A stretch of 42,979 bases of DNA from Octopus sinensis (lineage: Eukaryota), in contig NW_021835139.1 in the NCBI RefSeq assembly GCF_006345805.1, positions 1 to 42,979 of the forward strand, given 5' to 3'. The position numbers and the translations under genes were made by a program. The notes under the pieces are model-generated. The model searched no databases, was not told the DNA's origin, and was given only the letters and a program-made list of their open reading frames with translations. Numbering within the stretch: position 1 is the first letter of the stretch; every line of letters starts with the position of its first letter. Below, piece by piece: positions 23,185 through 35,235 of the stretch.

Positions 23185-23778
23185 AATTAAGCATTTTGAT
23201 TTCAAAATTTTGACACAAGGCCAGCAATTTCGGGGAAAGGGCAAGTCGATTACATCGACCCCAGTGCGTAACTGGTACTTATTTAATTGACCCCGAAAAG
23301 ATCAAAGGCAACGATGACTTCGACGAAATTTGAACTCAGAATGTAGTGACGGACGAAATGCCTGTTTCTTTACTACCCACAATGGGCTAAACACAGAGAG
23401 GACAAACAAGGACAGATAAACGGATTAAGTCTATTATATCGACCCCAGTGCGTAACTGGTACTTATTTAATCGACCCCGGAAGGATGAAAGGCAAAGTCG
23501 ACCTCGGCGGAATTTGAACTCAGAACGTAACGGCAGACTAAATACCTATTTCTTTACTACCCACAAGGGACTAAACACAGAGAGGACAAACAAGGACAGA
23601 TAAACGGATTAAGTCTATTATATCGACCCCAGTGCGTAACTGGTACTTATTTAATCGACCTCAAAAGGATGAAAGGCAAAGTCGACCTCGGCGGAATTTG
23701 AACACAGAACGTAGCGGCAGACGAAATATGGCTACGCATTTCGCCCGGCGTGCTAACGTTTCTGCCAGCTCGCCGCCA
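23185..23778 (-). mobile_element. SINE family D, three-body concatemer
   Basis: Head at 23778, alpha junctions near 23360 and 23545, beta tail at 23185-23250. Confidence 0.9.
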
Positions 23779-23849
23779 TAAATTTAGTATTAATATTAAT
23801 GTTGGCTGATTAGACTAAAATACGCTGTAACAGACTACACTTCACTCAA

Positions 23850-24290
23850 TTGCACATTAGATGGGTTACATTTAGTACAAGTTGCTGCATTGAAATGACT
23901 TGGATCATATGGGAAAGAAAACGAAATTACTGTACGAGATTATCGAAAATGGAATTGGTTTAGCATCCTCTGCTTTTAGCGTGTTTAGAAACAATAGAAT
24001 ACCTCATTATACACCAAAACACACATGTAAAGATCAATAGTATTACTATATTTGTATGATATCGGATAATTGACGTTACTACAAAGCGATTTAGATCTGT
24101 TTCAAGTCTTTTAAATTGAATATTTTCCCGAATTCTCGAAGCATCACGGATTAACCGTCTGTAGAATAATCAGATTCGAGGAATTTACATTTGCTAGCCG
24201 ACCATTCTTGAATTAATTCAGAGACAGTTTTGGCTTTATGAATCAAATTTGTCATTCAAAGTCGCCATCTAGACTAATGCCTCCAGATGC
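23850..24290 (+). mobile_element. Highly decayed RTE-type LINE fragment (post-RT region)
   Basis: Fragments LDGLHLVQV..K*LGS, IGLASSAF, LLY and PTILELIQRQ occur in the expected order. Confidence 0.5.
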
Positions 24291-25139
24291 ATACATATAC
24301 CTACATACATGCATAAATATGTATGTGTGTGTGTATAAATATGTGTGCGCATGTATGTATTATGTATGTATGTATGAGTGTACGTGTATATATGTTTGTA
24401 TATATGCATATATTTATATATTATTTATATTATATGATCGAGCGCCACGCATCCATTTCCAAGTAAGCTTTATCTTAATAATTACGATGCGCACTCTTAT
24501 TCTATCTCTATTCTTTCTATCTCTCTTGTTCTTCTTTCTTTCTGTTTTTCTCTCCCACCCTTTCCCTATTCTTCTCCTCTCCCCTTCACCGTTCCGCTCT
24601 CTCTTTCTCCTTGGCTCTCTCGTTGCTCACACGTGACCAACGGCCATTCATCTTCCTGTCTTCCACTTCCTTCCTAAAGACAAGACGTGCTTTTATCTGT
24701 CTCTTCCCAAAGCTCGTTTTTCCAGCGTTCACCACTCCACACCGTCTTAACTTAACAACCCTCAACGTTTGTTTTTACTGTTTTGTTCTCAATGTCCTGT
24801 TTTTGTTATCACTTTCACCCTCCACAAAAATCCCAAATTTTATTTAATTTGCTTTGCGGAAGGACTGTTTTAATGAAGTCGTATCTTGTCCCTACCTTCA
24901 AAACGCGGAGTAGATAAAATAGGGGACAACTGATGAAGGGGATGTTCTTTATGTTGCCTGTCTCGTTTCTCTGTTTGTTTCTTTCAAATTTTCAAAAAGG
25001 TTCGTTTTCCATGCTTTTGCTTTTATGTTCTCGTTTCTCACTTTGTTTTTTATGTCCTGTCCCCAAATATGCATGTAAATATACATATATATGTAGGTAT
25101 GTACATACATGTAAGTATATATGCATATATTTATATATT

Positions 25140-25515
25140 ATTTATATTATATATATATACTCTTTTACTCTTTTACTCTTGTACTTGTTTCAGTCATTTG
25201 GCTGTGGCCATGCTGGAGCACCGCCTTTAGTCGAGCAAATCGACCCCAGGACTTATTCTTTGGAAGCCTAGTACCAATTCTATCGGTCTCTTTTGCCGAA
25301 CACAGACACACAAACATATACACACACATACATACATACACACACATATATACACATATATACGACGGGCTTCTTTCAGTTTCCGTCTACCAAATCCACT
25401 CACAAGGCTTTGGTCGGCCCGAGGCTATAGTAGAAGACACTTGCCCAAGGTGTCACGCAGTGGGTCTGAACCCGGATCCATGTGGTTCGTAAGCAAGCTA
25501 CTTACCACACAGCCA
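25140..25515 (-). mobile_element. SINE family E, left flank of the duplication, with a deletion in the 3' half
   Basis: Homologous to other E copies; lacks ccgctaagt...ggggacaaa. Confidence 0.9.
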
Positions 25516-27135
25516 CTGAGTTCTCTCAGTCACGATCCTCATGGGAAATTCTACTAACTGAAAAGGGTTGTGGCTGCAGTCTGTTCTTTGTTGAAAAACT
25601 GACAGATGAGTGACGAATTAGCAACTTTGGCTCTGTGATCAGGAAGAACCTGATAGACGGAGATGATTAGTCATTCAATGGCAATGAACGCATCATTAAA
25701 CTAGGTTTGCTATTGAATTGTGTCTTCTTTGTGTATGAAACGGTTCTTGAAGATCGAGAAGGCCTCTATTGCGTATGGACACCGGAGAAACAAGTCTGGT
25801 CAGACAGAGACTTTCCACCAAGCTGTTCTTCTATGATGCTTACGTCACTACATTCTAGCTATACTCATCAGGAGATATGGACACCGTATCGATGGCACAT
25901 TGAAATACTCAAAAGTTTTTAGTAGAAGTATTTAAAGTCTGATATATTTAGGGTTGGTCGTGTTTTTGTCAGTTAAATACACGCACTGTATACTTGGTTT
26001 TCACTTAGACACATATCTCTCTTTTCTCTTTTACTTGTTTCAGTCATTTGACTGCGGCCATGCTGGAGCACCGCCTTTAATCGAGCAAATCGACCCCAGG
26101 ACTTATTCTTTGTAAGCCCAGTACTTATTCTATCGGTCACTTTCGCCGAACCGCTAAGTGATGGGGACGTAAACACACCAGCATCGGTTGTCAAGCAATG
26201 CTAGGGGGACAAACACAGACACACAAACACACACACACATACATACATACACACACATATATACACATATATACGACGGGCTTCTTCTTTTTTCCGTCTA
26301 CCAAATCCACTCACAAGGCTTGGTCGGCCCGAGGCTATAGTAGAAGACACTTGCCCAAGGTGTCACGCAGTGGGTCTGAACCCGGATCCATGTGGTTCGT
26401 AAGCAAGCTACTTACCACACAGCCACTGAGTTCTCTCAGTCACGATCCTCATGGGAAATTCTACTACTGAAAAGGGTTGTTGGCTGCAGTCTGTTCTTTG
26501 TTGAAAAACTGACAGATGAGTGACGAATTAGCAACTTGGGCTCTGTGATCAGGAAGAACCTGATAGACGGAGATGATTAGTCATTCAATGGCAATGAACG
26601 CATCATTAACTAGGTTTGCTATTGAATTGTGTCTTCTTTGTGTATGAAACGGTTCTTGAAGATCGAGAAGGCCTATATTGCGTATGGACACCGGAGAGAA
26701 ACAAGTCTGGTCAGACAGAGACTTTCCACCAAGCTGTTCTTCTATGATGCTTACGTCACTACATTCTAGCTATACTCATCAGGAGATATGGACACCGTAT
26801 CGATGGCACATTGAAATACTCAAAAGTTTTTAGTAGAAGTATTTAAAGTCTGATATATTTAGGGTTGGTCGTGTTTTTGTCAGTTAAATACACGCACTGT
26901 ATACTTGGTTTTCACTTAGACACATATCTCTCTTTTCTTTTTTACTTGTTTCAGTCATTTGACTGCGGCCATGCTGGAGCACCGCCTTTAATCGAGCAAA
27001 TCGACCCCAGGACTTATTCTTTGTAAGCCCAGTACTATTCTATCGGTCACTTTCGCCGAACCGCTAAGTGATGGGGACGTAAACACACCAGCATCGGTTG
27101 TCAAGCAATGCTAGGGGGACAAACACAGACACACA
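25301..27135. repeat. Tandem duplication, period ~910-912 bp
   Basis: cttaccacac at 25501/26411, atactcatca at 25861/26772, cagtcatttg at 26041/26952; the copies differ mainly by 1-2 bp indels. Confidence 0.95.
26020..26425 (-). mobile_element. SINE family E, chimeric junction copy
   Basis: 3' half matches the 26930 copy; 5' half matches the 25140 copy. Confidence 0.88.
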
Positions 27136-27325
27136 ACACACACACACAACATATATTATATAATATATATATACGACAGGCTTCTTTCAGTTTCTATCTA
27201 CCAAATCCACTCACAAGGCTTTGGTCGGCCCGGGGCTATAGCAGAAGACACTTGCCCAAGATGCCACGCAGTGGAACTGAACCCGGAACCATGTGGTTGG
27301 TTAGCAAGCTACTTACCACACAGCC
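26930..27325 (-). mobile_element. SINE family E, right flank of the duplication
   Basis: Full-length copy; head differs from the other two (aagatgccacgcagtggaactgaacccggaacc). Confidence 0.9.
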
Positions 27326-27337
27326 ATTATTATTTTC

Positions 27338-27374
<37 letters not shown>

Positions 27375-27377
<3 letters not shown>

Positions 27378-27535
27378 GTGTGACTGTGTGGTAAGAAGCT
27401 TGCTTCCTAACCACATGGTTCCGGATTCAGTCTCACAGCGTGGCATCATGGACAAGTGTTTTCTACTATAGCATCGCGCCGACCAAAGCCTAGTGAGTGG
27501 ATCTGGTAAAAGGAAACTGAAAGAACTCCGTCGTG
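27375..27535 (+). mobile_element. SINE family E, 5' half, head-to-head with the previous copy
   Basis: gactgtgtggtaagaagcttgcttcc...gaaactgaaagaactccgtcg. Confidence 0.85.
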
Positions 27536-27641
27536 TGGGTTTAGCGGTCAATCATACATATATGTGTGGGGGGGACTATATATATGCATATATATATTAT
27601 ATATATATATATTATATATATATTATATATATATATATATA

Positions 27642-27884
27642 AATATTAGGGAATAAATCCAAATTTACAGGGAAAAATCAGATTAAGATTGAATCCAATT
27701 TTATAGTAAAATATTCATAGTTTAAAATTGCATAGAATGTCTTGAAACCACCTGATGAATGTCCATAAAAGTGACAAGAAACGATCGTAGTGGATATCTT
27801 AATTATATTTAATTTATAAAATTTTTTATGAATTGGATTAAGTCTTTCTTTGTTTGATTTGCATAATAGTGGTTTTGTCTCTAA

Positions 27885-27895
<11 letters not shown>
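27642..27895 (+). mobile_element. Short (TA)n-embedded element with inverted repeats around a hammerhead motif
   Basis: Flanked by (TA)n on both sides; aatccaattttatagtaaaat / attttttatgaattggatt inverted pair. Confidence 0.6.
27748..27793 (+). ncRNA. Type I hammerhead ribozyme motif
   Basis: Stem I CCAC/GTGG, core CTGATGA (27752-58), stem II TGTC/GACA flanked by unpaired A's, GAA, palindromic stem III ACGATCGT, cleavage triplet GUA (H17=27789). Confidence 0.6.
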
Positions 27896-27916
<21 letters not shown>

Positions 27917-27939
27917 GATTGACCGCTAAATTCACAAGT

Positions 27940-28096
27940 TTTTTTTATTCTCTCTGTTTATTTCCTCTTATTCCTTTCTGTTGAAGAGCGTAGGCTCGAA
28001 ACAGATGACTTTCTCATCTTTCTGAGCGTCAAACTAATGCACTTGCTTGTTGTTTATACACCCGTCCTCACCCTTTGTTTTTCTGTAAATTTCAAC

Positions 28097-28097
<1 letters not shown>
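27940..28097 (+). repeat. Family F short element with degenerate HHR-like core
   Basis: ctgttgaAGAGCgtagGCTCgaaac...ctgagcgtcaaactaat, shared with the 38505 copy. Confidence 0.7.
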
Positions 28098-28124
<27 letters not shown>

Positions 28125-28133
<9 letters not shown>

Positions 28134-28505
28134 GTATGTGTGTCTGTCTGTGTATGTGTGTGTTTGTCCCCCCACTAACACTTGACAACCGTAATTTAGC
28201 GGTTCGGCGAAAGAACCCGATAGAATAAGTACTAGACTTACAAAGAATAAGTCCTGGGGTCGATTTCTTCGAATAAAGGCTGTGCTCCAACATGGCCGCA
28301 GTCAAATGACTGAAAGAAATAAAAGAATGAAAGAACATATATACACGACAGGCTTCTTTCAGTTTCCGTCTACCAAATTCACTCACGAGGTATTAGTCGA
28401 CCCGAGGCTTTAGCAGCAGACACTTCCGCAAGGTGCCGCGCAGCGGAGCTGAACCTAAAACCACGTAGTTGAAAAGCGGGCTTCTTTGCCATGCAGCCAT
28501 ACCTC
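28125..28505. mobile_element. Two family E halves (3' half on plus 28125-28335; 5' half on minus 28340-28505)
   Basis: Homology to family E in opposite orientations. Confidence 0.82.
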
Positions 28506-28554
28506 CAAATATTATAGTCTAAAACTACTATAGCGACATCACTAATATACAGCG

Positions 28555-29125
28555 AAAGGGGTTGTTTGTAGTTAGTCAACTTGCTAGAAATAGCAACCGA
28601 ATCTCCTAAACATCGCAGTTTACTTCCTACCTTAAAATTGGAAGGACACAGGTTAATGTGACCCCGAGTGCACTATCTGAATAAAAGACGAGGTGGTCAC
28701 GATTGAAACGCTTTTCATGATAAGTGTGCTTATTCAGAGCTGAGCTGGAGCTAAACTATAACTATGAGCGAAAATGGGAACCTATATGTGGTTACACGGC
28801 CTACTAGAAATAGCAATTAAATCTCACTCAAATTACATGCAACTGTCATTAAAAGAAAAGAACATATTGTGCAATGTAGTCCTAGATACACTATGCCTAA
28901 AAACAAAACGGAATCTTTCTTTATTTCTCTTATTTGTTTCAGTCATTGGATTGCGGCTATGCTGGAGTACCACGTGAAAAGTGTTCAGTCGAGCAAATCG
29001 ACCCCAGTGTATCATTTTTAAGTCTGGTACTCATTCCATCGGAATGATTGCGGTTGGAATGGTGTCGTTGCTCATAGTTTTGCTCTATTCAAGCTGGCCT
29101 GGGGTTAAACAACAATAGTAACAAT
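28555..29125. repeat. Fragments of a further interspersed family (ctagaaatagc...gagctaaac) plus an E 3' half at 28915-29040 (minus)
   Basis: ttgctagaaatagcaacc (~28581), ctactagaaatagcaatt (~28802), agctagaattagcaact (38881) and the 183-bp unit share motifs. Confidence 0.6.
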
Positions 29126-29154
29126 CACAACAAGGACCAACAAACAATAGTTTT

Positions 29155-29286
29155 GCCGCTTCTCTCTCTCTCACTCTCTCTCTCTCTCTCTTCCTCTTCC
29201 TCTCTCTCTCTTTAATCTACCTATATATCTATCTATCTCACTCTATATATATTTCCATCTCTCTCTTTCTCTCTCTTTTTTCTTCT

Positions 29287-29324
<38 letters not shown>

Positions 29325-29467
29325 TCTCCCCCTCTCTCTCTCTCTATTTAATCTACCTATATATCTATCTATCTCCCTCTATATATATATATTTCCATCT
29401 TTCTCTTTCTCTCTTTCTCTCTCTTTTTCTCTTTCTTTCTCTCTCTCTCTTTCTCTCTCTCTCGCTC

Positions 29468-29505
<38 letters not shown>

Positions 29506-29660
29506 TATTTAATCTACCTATATATCTATCTCTATCTCGATTTCTACCTCACTCTCTTTCTCCCTCTTTCCTTCATCTCTTTCCTCTCTCTATCACTGTC
29601 TTTTTGACTCATCCCTCTCTTTCTTTCCCTCTCTCTTTCTTCCTCTCTTCCTTTCTTTCT
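29155..29660. repeat. (CT)n block with a thrice-repeated tttaatctacctatatatctatc motif
   Basis: Directly visible. Confidence 0.93.
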
Positions 29661-29724
29661 CTCTCTCACTCCCATTCCAAACCACTTGACATTAATACAA
29701 TCTGACAGACCATCTCTCCATTAC

Positions 29725-30000
29725 TACCACCACTACAACCACCGCCACTCCTAAAACTATCCTACCACCACTGCTACCACTACCAATACTCCTAAAACTA
29801 CCTCCACTACCACCACCTCTATTACCACCACCACTACAACCACCACCACTCCTAAAACTATCCTACCACCACCACTACCACTACCAATACTCCTAAAACT
29901 ACCTCCACTACCACCACCTCTATTACCACCACCACTACAACCACCACCACTCCTAAAACTATCCTACCACCACCACTACCACTACCAATACTCCTAAATC
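29725..30000. repeat. 101-bp ACC/ACT-rich tandem repeat, about 2.7 copies
   Basis: ctaaaactat at 29751, 29852 and 29953. Confidence 0.88.
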
Positions 30001-30189
30001 TACATCTACTACCACCATCACTACCAACACACATAATACTACAGCCACAACTACTGCTACCACTTGTACTACTGCCACTACTCTACTGCTTCTACTCCTA
30101 CCTCCACTAATGTGTCATCAACATTACTACAACCAACAGCAACAAAAATAAAACAACCTCCAGCACCATTGCAACTAGTACCTATACCG

Positions 30190-30800
30190 CAACCATCACC
30201 ACAAATTCAGCCATCAACACCACTACAACCATCACCAACACCACAACCATCACCAACACCACAACCATCACCAACACCGCAACCATCACCAACACTACAA
30301 CCATCACAATACCACAACCATCGCCAACACAACCACAACCATCACCAACACTACAACCATCACAACACCACAACCATCGCCAACACCACCACAACCATCA
30401 CCAACACCACAACCATTACCAACACCACCATCACTACCACAACCATAACCACCAGGACAATCACCACCACAACCATTACCACAACTACAACCATCACCAA
30501 CACCGCAACCATCACCAACACCGCAACCATCACCAACACCATCATCACTACTACAACCACCAGGACAGTTACCACCACTTCCATCACCACAACTACAACC
30601 ATCACCACCATCACCACCACCACAACCATCACCAACACCACAACCATCACCAACACCGCAACCATCACCAACACCACAACCACCAAGACAATTACCACCG
30701 CTACCATAATCACCTCAACCACAACTACTACTACAACCCCAACCACCACCATAATCCTCAGCATCACCACCACAACTACCACCACCACCACCGCAATCTC
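30190..30800. repeat. 18-bp minisatellite (acaaccatcaccaacacc) decaying into ACC-rich low complexity
   Basis: The same unit is read successively as PQPSPT, HNHHQH and TTITNT, so it slips through all three frames. Confidence 0.88.
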
Positions 30801-31218
30801 TACGTTCCTGATTTTTCCATTCATCACCGTTAATCTTCAAACCAAGTTTCTGTTAATCGCCGTTTCTCGGTTCTGTTTCCATTCAAGAATAAGGACATGT
30901 TGTTGTCAATATTGTTGTTACTGTTGTTGCAGTTTTAGCTTGCTGCTGTTGTTCTTCTTACTGTTGTTGTTGTTGTTGTTGTTGTTGTTGTATCCATTGT
31001 CGTTATTGTTGTTATTACTCTTGTTATCGTTTTTTTTATTTATTTATTTTTCAACCTTCCTCCCTATTTCTTCCATTTTTCTTCTTCTACTCCTCTTCCT
31101 CCTCCTCCTTCTTCTCCTCTTTCCCCTCCTTCTTCTCCCTCTCCTCCGCTTTCATTTCTCCTTCATTGTCATCTTCACCTTCTCACATTGCCTTCTCTTT
31201 CGTGTTTTCTGATCGTTG

Positions 31219-31219
<1 letters not shown>

Positions 31220-31282
<63 letters not shown>

Positions 31283-31306
31283 CATCATCATCATCATTAT
31301 CACTAT

Positions 31307-31360
<54 letters not shown>

Positions 31361-31730
31361 CATCATTATCGTTATTAGTATTATTATCCCTCATTCTACA
31401 TCTGTTTCTTTATCAGTCCTTTCTTTCTATTGTTTCTTTCTTTTTCCTTTTTTCCTCTTTTTCTTTCATTTATTTAATATATATCTGCTACTCTGGGTTT
31501 TTTTTGTTTGTTTCTTTGTTTTTCTTTTTCTTTCGTTTTTGTCTTTCTTCTTCGCTTTTTCCATGTTTCCAACTTAGTGAATGAAGTATTATCGATTCCA
31601 GCATGGGAACGTGACAAGCAATCCTAATCAAAACGGGATATCTCCCGGCAGCAATATTTGTTCGCTGCTCACTGAAGCGTGATCTCGTCAGAGTCTAGTG
31701 GTGGATACATAGATAGACAGAAGGATGGAC

Positions 31731-31824
<94 letters not shown>

Positions 31825-31825
31825 A
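31220..31825. repeat. (TAT)n/(CAT)n and (GATA)n microsatellites
   Basis: Visible at 31220-31380 and 31730-31825. Confidence 0.93.
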
Positions 31826-33539
31826 CAAGAGCGTGATGGCATCACGAGACTGGCAAGAGACAGATGGATACATTGACAGAAGGAAAAAGAAAGGAAAGAA
31901 ATAAGTGAAAGAAAGGAAGAAAGAGGTTGGATGAGATGAGATGAGATGAGAAATAGAAAGCCGCCCCAGGGGAGCAAATTACAGTTCTCTTCATTGTGGA
32001 ATGGCGAAGTGAAATAAGTTAAGAAGTGGGTCTGGGAAGGGGTGGGATAGAGGGGAGAGTAAAGACAGTATGAAGAGAAGGGTGGAGAGGGGAGAGAGAA
32101 ATGGGGAGAGAAGTGGAGAGAAAGAGAGAGAAAGTATGGAAAGAGCTGAGAAGAAGAAGAGAAAAAAATTAAATAAAAATTGATTATATGGGCTGGAAGT
32201 TGTCAAGGAAATGATGAAGATTAACGGTTTGCGCATGTCCAGGTCACAAACACGTGATAAAATAAAGAGCGGGCGGACGAGAGTTGGAGGTGGGGGGGTA
32301 GTTGAGAAAGACTGAAAGACACACAGACAGACAGATAGACGGAAGTAAAGCAAGAAAGAAGTGAAAACGGCAGGAAAGAAGTGGAAAACAAAAGAAAGAA
32401 CGATAAGGAGAAAAGAAGAAAGGAAAACAGAAAAAAAAAAATAAATGCAATGATAAAGAACATATAAAATAAACAAAAGGAAAAAAAAGTTAAAGAGAAA
32501 GTTGTTTGGTTGGTTAGGGTTGGGGTTAAGGTTGGGTGATGTTGCGGTACAAAGTTGGGTTAAGTTGGTGGCGAGAGAGTGAATAAAAATGTCTGGCGCC
32601 TGGATCGCTGAAACGAAAGGCAACCACTCGAAAGATAGATGAAAATGTTCCCTTGACACTGTCAGCATGGATCAAGAAAAGACAATATAAGCGGCTGTAG
32701 CAAACAAACGCCAGAATTGTTTGAGGAAACCATTTTAAAATCGTGATGCCGGGTAGAAACGTAAGGATAATAAAGTAAAATAAGATAAAGATGAAACAAA
32801 ATAGATAAAACAAAATGGGAGAAAAAAAGAAGAAAAAACACGACTAAGATGTCAAAAAGACAGTAGAAAGATTATGTGTGTTAAAAAGCGTCTAAGTTTA
32901 TCATTTGAATGTCGTGAATATGGTTAGTCATTTGAAATAGTAGTCATGCATCAGTTGTTTTAATGTTGTCGTCTGCCAAAGAAGACGGTCGTCTGCTTAC
33001 GAAGAAGACGGACAAACAAAAGGAAATAATAAGAAGAAAAACATTCAAGGAAATAATCAAACAAACAAGCGAAATGAACGAACGAACGAACGAACAAACA
33101 AGCGAATGAACGATGAAATATGCTGAAAACAAATGAAAACCGAAAATATATATGATCCACACATTTAGAAGGAAGTGTATTGATAAAGTTAGTCACTTTT
33201 CTTTCCTATTATTTTTTGTTTATTTGTTTCTTCATTTGGGAATCGAAACCATTTCAGTGATTCTACTTTAAAAACCAGCTGTGTAAATATGAACGACGGG
33301 CAACTTTATTTGTGAGGCATGGAATTCGCATAGGTTACAACGATAAGTATGGCAGCTATCGAATCAATGAGACTACCTACTTATTAAATTATAGTGGCTG
33401 AGTACTCCATAGATACTTATGCCATTAACGTAATTAATGATAATGATAGCAGTCTCTCGTAATCCGAGAAAGGCAGTTCTACATTTTTTATTGAACGACG
33501 TTTATAGTGATCAAATATTTGTGTTGTATATTATTAGCT

Positions 33540-33733
33540 CACTCACTCCATCAAATCGTCATTACCTGAATAGGTGCCCAGTGTACCACACGTCAGTTGT
33601 CGAAATGATCGCTAAGCAACATGGGATGAAGTGTTTTGTTGAAGAACATAATGCATCATCCAGTCCAGGAATTGAAACCACTATCTCGCGATCGTGGATA
33701 CAACGCTCTAACCACTAAGCCATGCACCTTCAC
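33540..33733 (-). mobile_element. tRNA-derived SINE, degenerate; head related to A-type
   Basis: gtgaaggtgcatggcttagtggttagagc...gtttcaattcctggactgg. Confidence 0.75.
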
Positions 33734-34014
33734 AACGTAATTAATACCCAGATGGAATCAGCATGGCTCTTCTGTGACATTCCTCAGTTTTTGAAATTCA
33801 AAGATATAAATTGCTTCTTGTATTTTAGGGAGACAGAGTCCTTAAAATTTACTAGTAGCACCCTTAACCTCATTTCCAGGATGCATCAGCGTGACACAGT
33901 ATGAGACAAAATTGGATCTTCCAAGTATAGGTAGGGTCCACATGATGGCCTGGCAAAGAGAGGGGAAACTTGCATGAATGGGTAGCTTTATCTTTTATTT
34001 ATTTTTTTTTTTTT

Positions 34015-34205
34015 TTTACATGTCTCAGTCATTGAGCTGCCGCATACTGGGGCTCCTCTTTGTAGAATTTACTCGAACAAACTGACAACAGGGCTTGTTT
34101 TCAAGTCTAGCAATTATTTTATCGGTCTCTTTTGTCGAACTTCTACGTTACAACGACGTAAACAAACCGACACCAGTTGTCAAGCAGTGCTGGTGGACAA
34201 GCACA
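34015..34205 (-). mobile_element. SINE family E, degenerate 3' half
   Basis: tcagtcattg...atcggtctcttttgtcgaac...cagttgtcaagc. Confidence 0.7.
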
Positions 34206-34209
34206 TACA

Positions 34210-34241
<32 letters not shown>

Positions 34242-34249
34242 CATGTATA

Positions 34250-34436
34250 GATATATATGGCATATTTTTTCCTCTGGATCTTTCCTTCTCCTATGTTTCC
34301 GACGAAGAGCTTCGCTCGAAACGTTAAACCCTCCTTCTTACCTTCTTTTCTGAGCGTCCAATAATACTATATTTGTTCCACGTCCTCGCGTTGTTGTGTT
34401 TTTTTTTTTTTTGTGCTTTCTTGTTTGGATTAACTT
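34250..34436 (+). repeat. Family F short element with HHR-like motif at 34295-34329
   Basis: GTTT-CCGACGA-A-GAGC-ttc-GCTC-GAA-ACGT-T-AAAC; microsatellite on both sides. Confidence 0.75.
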
Positions 34437-34454
34437 GATATATATATATATAAG

Positions 34455-34711
34455 TCCGGGCAAGTTTGTTTATGGAAGGCCAGCAGCCGCCCATGCATAC
34501 CAGCCTCCCCTCTCCACACCACCAGTGTTATCCAAGGGAAAGGCAAAGGCCGATACAGCTTGGCACCTGTGATATTGCAACTCATCTCTACAGCTGAGTG
34601 AACTGGAGCAACGTGAAATAAAGTGTCTTGCTCAAGAACACAACACGCAGCCCGGTCCGGAATTCGAGCTCACAACCTCGACGCACTAACCACTGAGCCA
34701 TGCGCCTTCAC
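34455..34711 (-). mobile_element. tRNA-derived SINE with a Deu/Nin-like central region
   Basis: Head gtgaaggcgcatggctcagtggttag, then ttgagcaagacactttatttcacgttgctccagttcactcagctgtagagatgag. Domain assignment is from memory. Confidence 0.78.
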
Positions 34712-34734
34712 TATCTTATTGTATTTTATATATA

Positions 34735-34803
<69 letters not shown>

Positions 34804-34866
34804 CATGTATGTATGTATGTATGTATGCATGTATGTATGTATGTATATATATATATATATATATAT

Positions 34867-34896
<30 letters not shown>

Positions 34897-34897
<1 letters not shown>

Positions 34898-35053
34898 GTG
34901 TAAATATATAAAACTTCAAATTTCCGCACTAAGGCACGGGTTTGAGACCCCATGGTCGTAACCTCAACCGTGATTTTTCTGTTGTGATTTTTGCTACCCA
35001 GGTATCGGTTATCATTTGAATAATCCGTTATAAGATAATTCATTTATCTACTT

Positions 35054-35057
<4 letters not shown>
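34897..35057 (+). repeat. Short (TA)n-embedded element with a decayed HHR-like motif (34939-34969)
   Basis: GGTT-TGA-GACC-ccat-GGTC-GTAAC-CT-C-AACC; (TA)n on both sides. Confidence 0.5.
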
Positions 35058-35092
<35 letters not shown>

Positions 35093-35094
35093 AA

Positions 35095-35235
35095 ACATAG
35101 GCTTCCATTCCGTCAGTTTCCACCTGCATGAAATTCACTCAGAAGGCATTGCTCGGCCCGCGGTTATAACAGAAAATACTTGTTGGAAATGCCACGTAGT
35201 TGAAATGAACCTGGAACCACATGATTGCAAAGCAA
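35095..35235 (-). mobile_element. SINE family E, degenerate 5' half
   Basis: cagtttcc...ctcggcccg...tgaacctggaaccacatg...cttaaccac. Confidence 0.65.

Noticed and set aside
25861-25875. CTGATGAG on the minus strand, and at ~42501 on plus, as a hammerhead
   Set aside because: No stem II plus GAAA downstream.
25707-25922. 71-aa ORF inside the duplicated unit
   Set aside because: The second copy has frame-breaking indels and the peptide is not recognised.
30064-31212. 382-aa mucin-like Thr/Pro-rich ORF
   Set aside because: Built from one 18-bp unit read in all three frames in turn, followed by microsatellite-derived poly-L; no signal peptide or splice context.
31679-33030. Minus-strand exon candidates near 31690, 32600-32700 and 32950-33000
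   Set aside because: Driven by long purine/pyrimidine-skewed low-complexity flanks; peptides unrecognised or donors missing.
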